From Azolla caroliniana (Eukaryota; Plantae; Polypodiophyta), in NCBI GenBank assembly GCA_043228905.1, contig JBHGNT010000002.1, positions 3,100,001 to 3,164,000 of the forward strand: DNA of 64,000 bases, given 5' to 3'. Made by a program: the position numbers and the translations under genes. Below the pieces are notes generated by a model. It saw nothing but the letters and a program-made list of their open reading frames with translations. It was not told the DNA's origin and did no database searches. Shown here piece after piece: positions 60,932 through 64,000 of this stretch. Position 1 is the first letter of the stretch, and the number at the start of each line of letters is the position of its first letter.

Positions 60932-63900
60932 AAGATTTCGCGTTGTTACGCGCGTGCGTGTAGAAGGGCGGGACCACGGGGGTCTCGAACTAGGGAAGAG
61001 GGGAAACCGAGAAGACGATTTCGGGCGTGTTCCGGAAGCAACCGAACGGGAGAGAGAAAGAGAGAGAGTGCACTCTTGACCCCGACTCACCCCACACACA
61101 CAGACTGCGCCGACCCAACTCACGCCCTTATGTACAGAAACAGAGGCAAGAGAACACCAAAACACCCGCGCAAACACCGGACCCCAACAGAGACATGAAT
61201 ATGCACAGTCAGACACAAATGTATATGTATAATTGGAAGAATATATATAAAGGTAGGTTACAGCAGTCGTCGACTGCCAAGCCGCTGGTCGAGGAGCTCT
61301 CGGGCTTGTCGTGCCGAGCGGGGTCTTCCGTAGGCGACGAGCTAAAGCAAACCCTATGCGAACACCAAGGGGGAAGAAGAAGAAGAAGAAGAAGAGGAAG
61401 AGGAAGAAGAAATGTAACTAACCCTGAAACTAACGGTATACCCTCTAACGCAAAAATGGGCAACCCTTCTACAAGGGACCATCCCTTCCTTTTATAGAAC
61501 AAGGAGAGGGATGTGTTACAATGTGGGATTAATCCCGATTTACATGGGATTCTTCGTCCCGACTTAACTCCTATTATTCACACAATTATACGAGGGTGAG
61601 TGCACATGGTGCACCCCGCCGATGTAGCCAATATTTCCCGGTTTCCGCCTCTGGCCGAAATTCTTCATGACACCGTTGTCGTTCGCGCTCGTCACCGTGT
61701 AGGGCCCGAACCATCTCCTAGAGAACTTTCGCACCGCCTTGTGCTGATTGTCAAGGCTGTTGTCGTATACCAAGACCCAATCGCCTTCCTCGATCTTCTT
61801 TGGTCGCAGCTGGTGCGTCCAGTTGAACCGGGTCTTCTTCCGCTCCCTTGCCGCTCGCAGCTTTTCCTTCGCCCGTTTCATGTCCTCTGGCCTCCGCTCG
61901 AGTTGGCGAATCCGCACCGCCAGCAACTCCTCCCGGCTCATTTCGTCCTTCCAATCAACCGCCGCCCATGGATAAACCGTCCGTTGCATCGTCATGATCG
62001 GCTTCTGTCCGTACATCAGCTCTGTCGGCATACACCTTGTCACCGAACTGTGCGTAGTTCGGTCCGCCCATAGTGCGTAAGGAAGGAGTCGCGGCCAATT
62101 CCCGACCTGCCCTCCGCATGCACGCACCAACGCCTTTACGATCGGCCCGTGCCCACGTTGTACCTTTCCGTTCGCCTTCGGATTGTACACCGTACTGAGG
62201 GAGAGTTTGACGCCTAGCCGATCGAACAACTCCTCAGCCTCCCGCGTATCCAGCTCTCCCCGGTCCGCCACGATCCTCCCGACGCACCCGTACTGACACA
62301 CTACTTCTTCGATCAGGAACCGGCATACCGCCGCGGGTTTCTTGCTCTGCAGTGCACGACCTTCCACTCTCGTGAAATGCCACCAGTAGTTCCTCCTGTT
62401 CTTCTTTCTTTGTCACTACTCGGAGCGGGATGTCGTCTCTCTTCTTTGGGTGCCTCCATATGCACAGTTTGTCTCACAGGAAGAACCGGTACGCCTTCTT
62501 CCGTACCCGGCTCGGCTCTTCTCTCATCCATGCTGCGTCTGGCGTCATCGTCCGTAGGAACCTCCCGATTCGGAGCCACTCCCTGTCGTACCTGCTTTCG
62601 TCGAATTCGTTAAGCGTCGGAGTGTCCCTTTCCCTCGTCGCTACGTTAGCCGACCCGAAGAAGTCCTCGCCGACTTCTTCGTCATCCGAAACCATGTCGT
62701 CTTCGTCGTTGAACCTTGCTCTCGAAAGCATGTCGGCCATGGTGTTATCCTTTCCGGAGATGTGCCGTATCTCCGGGTTCAGGGACTTAATGTATGCTAT
62801 CCACCGAAGCATTGCTAGGTTCGGCGTCGCGCATCCGGAAACCATGCCGAGTATCAGCAGGCAGTCCGTCTCGATGATCACCTCCGTCCCGATCAGATAG
62901 TCCTTGTCGGTCTGGACTGCTGAAACGACACCCCAAATCTCGCGCTTAACTTGGGCTTATCCTCGCTGCCGCTCGCTCAATACCTTCGCCCCGAACCGGA
63001 TCGGGAATCGTACGTTGTCCTTGTCCTCCTGACTGATTACCCACCCAATCCCGGTTGGGCTGGTGTCCACCGTCACGCACATGGGAACATCCTTGTCGTA
63101 AACCTCTTTACGGAGACCCGACGCTACCGTAAGAGCCTCCTTTAGTCTCTGTACCAACTCCGTGTGCTCCGTCCTCCACTCAAAGCTACGCCCCTTTTTC
63201 AATAGTCCGTAGAGGGGTTCCGCGACATGTGCGTAGTATGGGATCTAGATGTGATAGAACGTGCATGCTCCCAAGAATCTGCGGACCTCCGTGACCGAAT
63301 TGCAGTCATGCTTCATCATGGACATGGCTTCCACCTTGGCCGGAGACGGTTTCCGACCGTATGGTCGGCATAGGTGCCCGATGACCATGATCTCTGGTTG
63401 CCCGATGGCCAATTTTTCCCCGGAGAAGGTGAGCCTCACGCCTTCTAGTCTCTGCAGCACCTTCTCGCAGTCATCGATGTGAGTCGTCACGAAATTCCGA
63501 CATCCGTCCGGCCCGATTGCCTCGTCTTTTCCTCCACCGGGCATCCCATGATTGGGATGTCGTCTAAGAATGGCATAGTGATGTCCGGGATACAATCCCT
63601 GAGCATTTTGTTCATCGAGTTCACCATGTGAGCCACTGAGTTCGTCCCTCCTTGTGGTAGGGTAAACATCCGCACTAGGCCAAGAGGAGTCCGCATCGTC
63701 GTAATGTCTCTGCTCTCTACGGCTAGTTGGAACTGATTGTACCCCAAGTATAGATCACCGACAGAGTAAATCGACCTTCCGGCGAAGGCCTCCGTGAACT
63801 TGTCTATGGTTGGTCTAATTCCTACGTTACGGATGGTCACCTTCTTGACTAGTTGCAGGTCCTGAATGAAGTGCAGCGTGCCGTTCTTCTTCGGCACCGT

Positions 63901-64000
63901 AAACCACCGATTCGAATACGAGGCACTCGACGGTTTGATGATGCCCATCTCCACCTTTTGCTTCAGAAGCTCCATCAACTTCGGGATGTGAGCTCTCGGT

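Larger units (their letters stand above)
56815..61672 (-). mobile_element. Complete gag-only LTR element A6 (4.86 kb, no nested insertions): 3' LTR 56815-57575, array, gag, PBS 60915-60931, 5' LTR 60936-61672, TSD CCAT/CCGT
   Basis: Paired LTRs. TGGTGAACCCGACGTGA. Removing the element restores integrase ANDNGTYHLAELD. Confidence 0.93.
55903..64000 (-). mobile_element. Autonomous-type Ty3/gypsy C2, running off the window: 3' LTR 55903-56573, PPT 56574-56586, integrase split by A6, RNase H, RT
   Basis: YSNRWFTVPKKNG; PFLDDI; VTVDTS; HISGKDNTMADMLSR; IVADRGE...YNPKANG; WFGPY. Integrase tail continues at 56814-56640. Confidence 0.9.

Noticed and set aside
517-64000. Numerous short antisense or overlapping ORFs in the track
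   Set aside because: Expected by-products of GC-rich TE sequence, with no recognisable domains.

Overview
Gene-free eukaryotic heterochromatin-like window, probably from a land plant (non-seed plant by inference). It consists almost entirely of nested retroelements. (i) Six copies (A1-A6) of a non-autonomous gag-only LTR element: ~720-bp LTRs, tRNA-Trp PBS, gag ORF, then a 2-3 kb array of GC-rich hairpin repeats. (ii) Two decayed autonomous Ty3/gypsy relatives (C1, C2). (iii) A 9.4-kb non-chromovirus Ty3/gypsy (B) with an extra 3' coiled-coil ORF, plus one solo LTR of B. (iv) A young, nearly intact Ty1/copia, a copia gag fragment and several copia-type LTRs. (v) Three L1 LINE copies and an RTEX/L2-like fragment. 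(vi) A 616-bp foldback element with 261-bp TIRs. Standout observations: element B has an inverted PBS (tRNA 3'-end mimic) where its polypurine tract should be; all 7 A/C insertion sites are 4-mers centred on CpG (observed or ancestral); the TG..CA foldback has a 5-bp TSD; and A elements carry modular hairpin arrays. No host genes were found. Coordinates were read by eye, and family names are from recalled motifs, not database searches.
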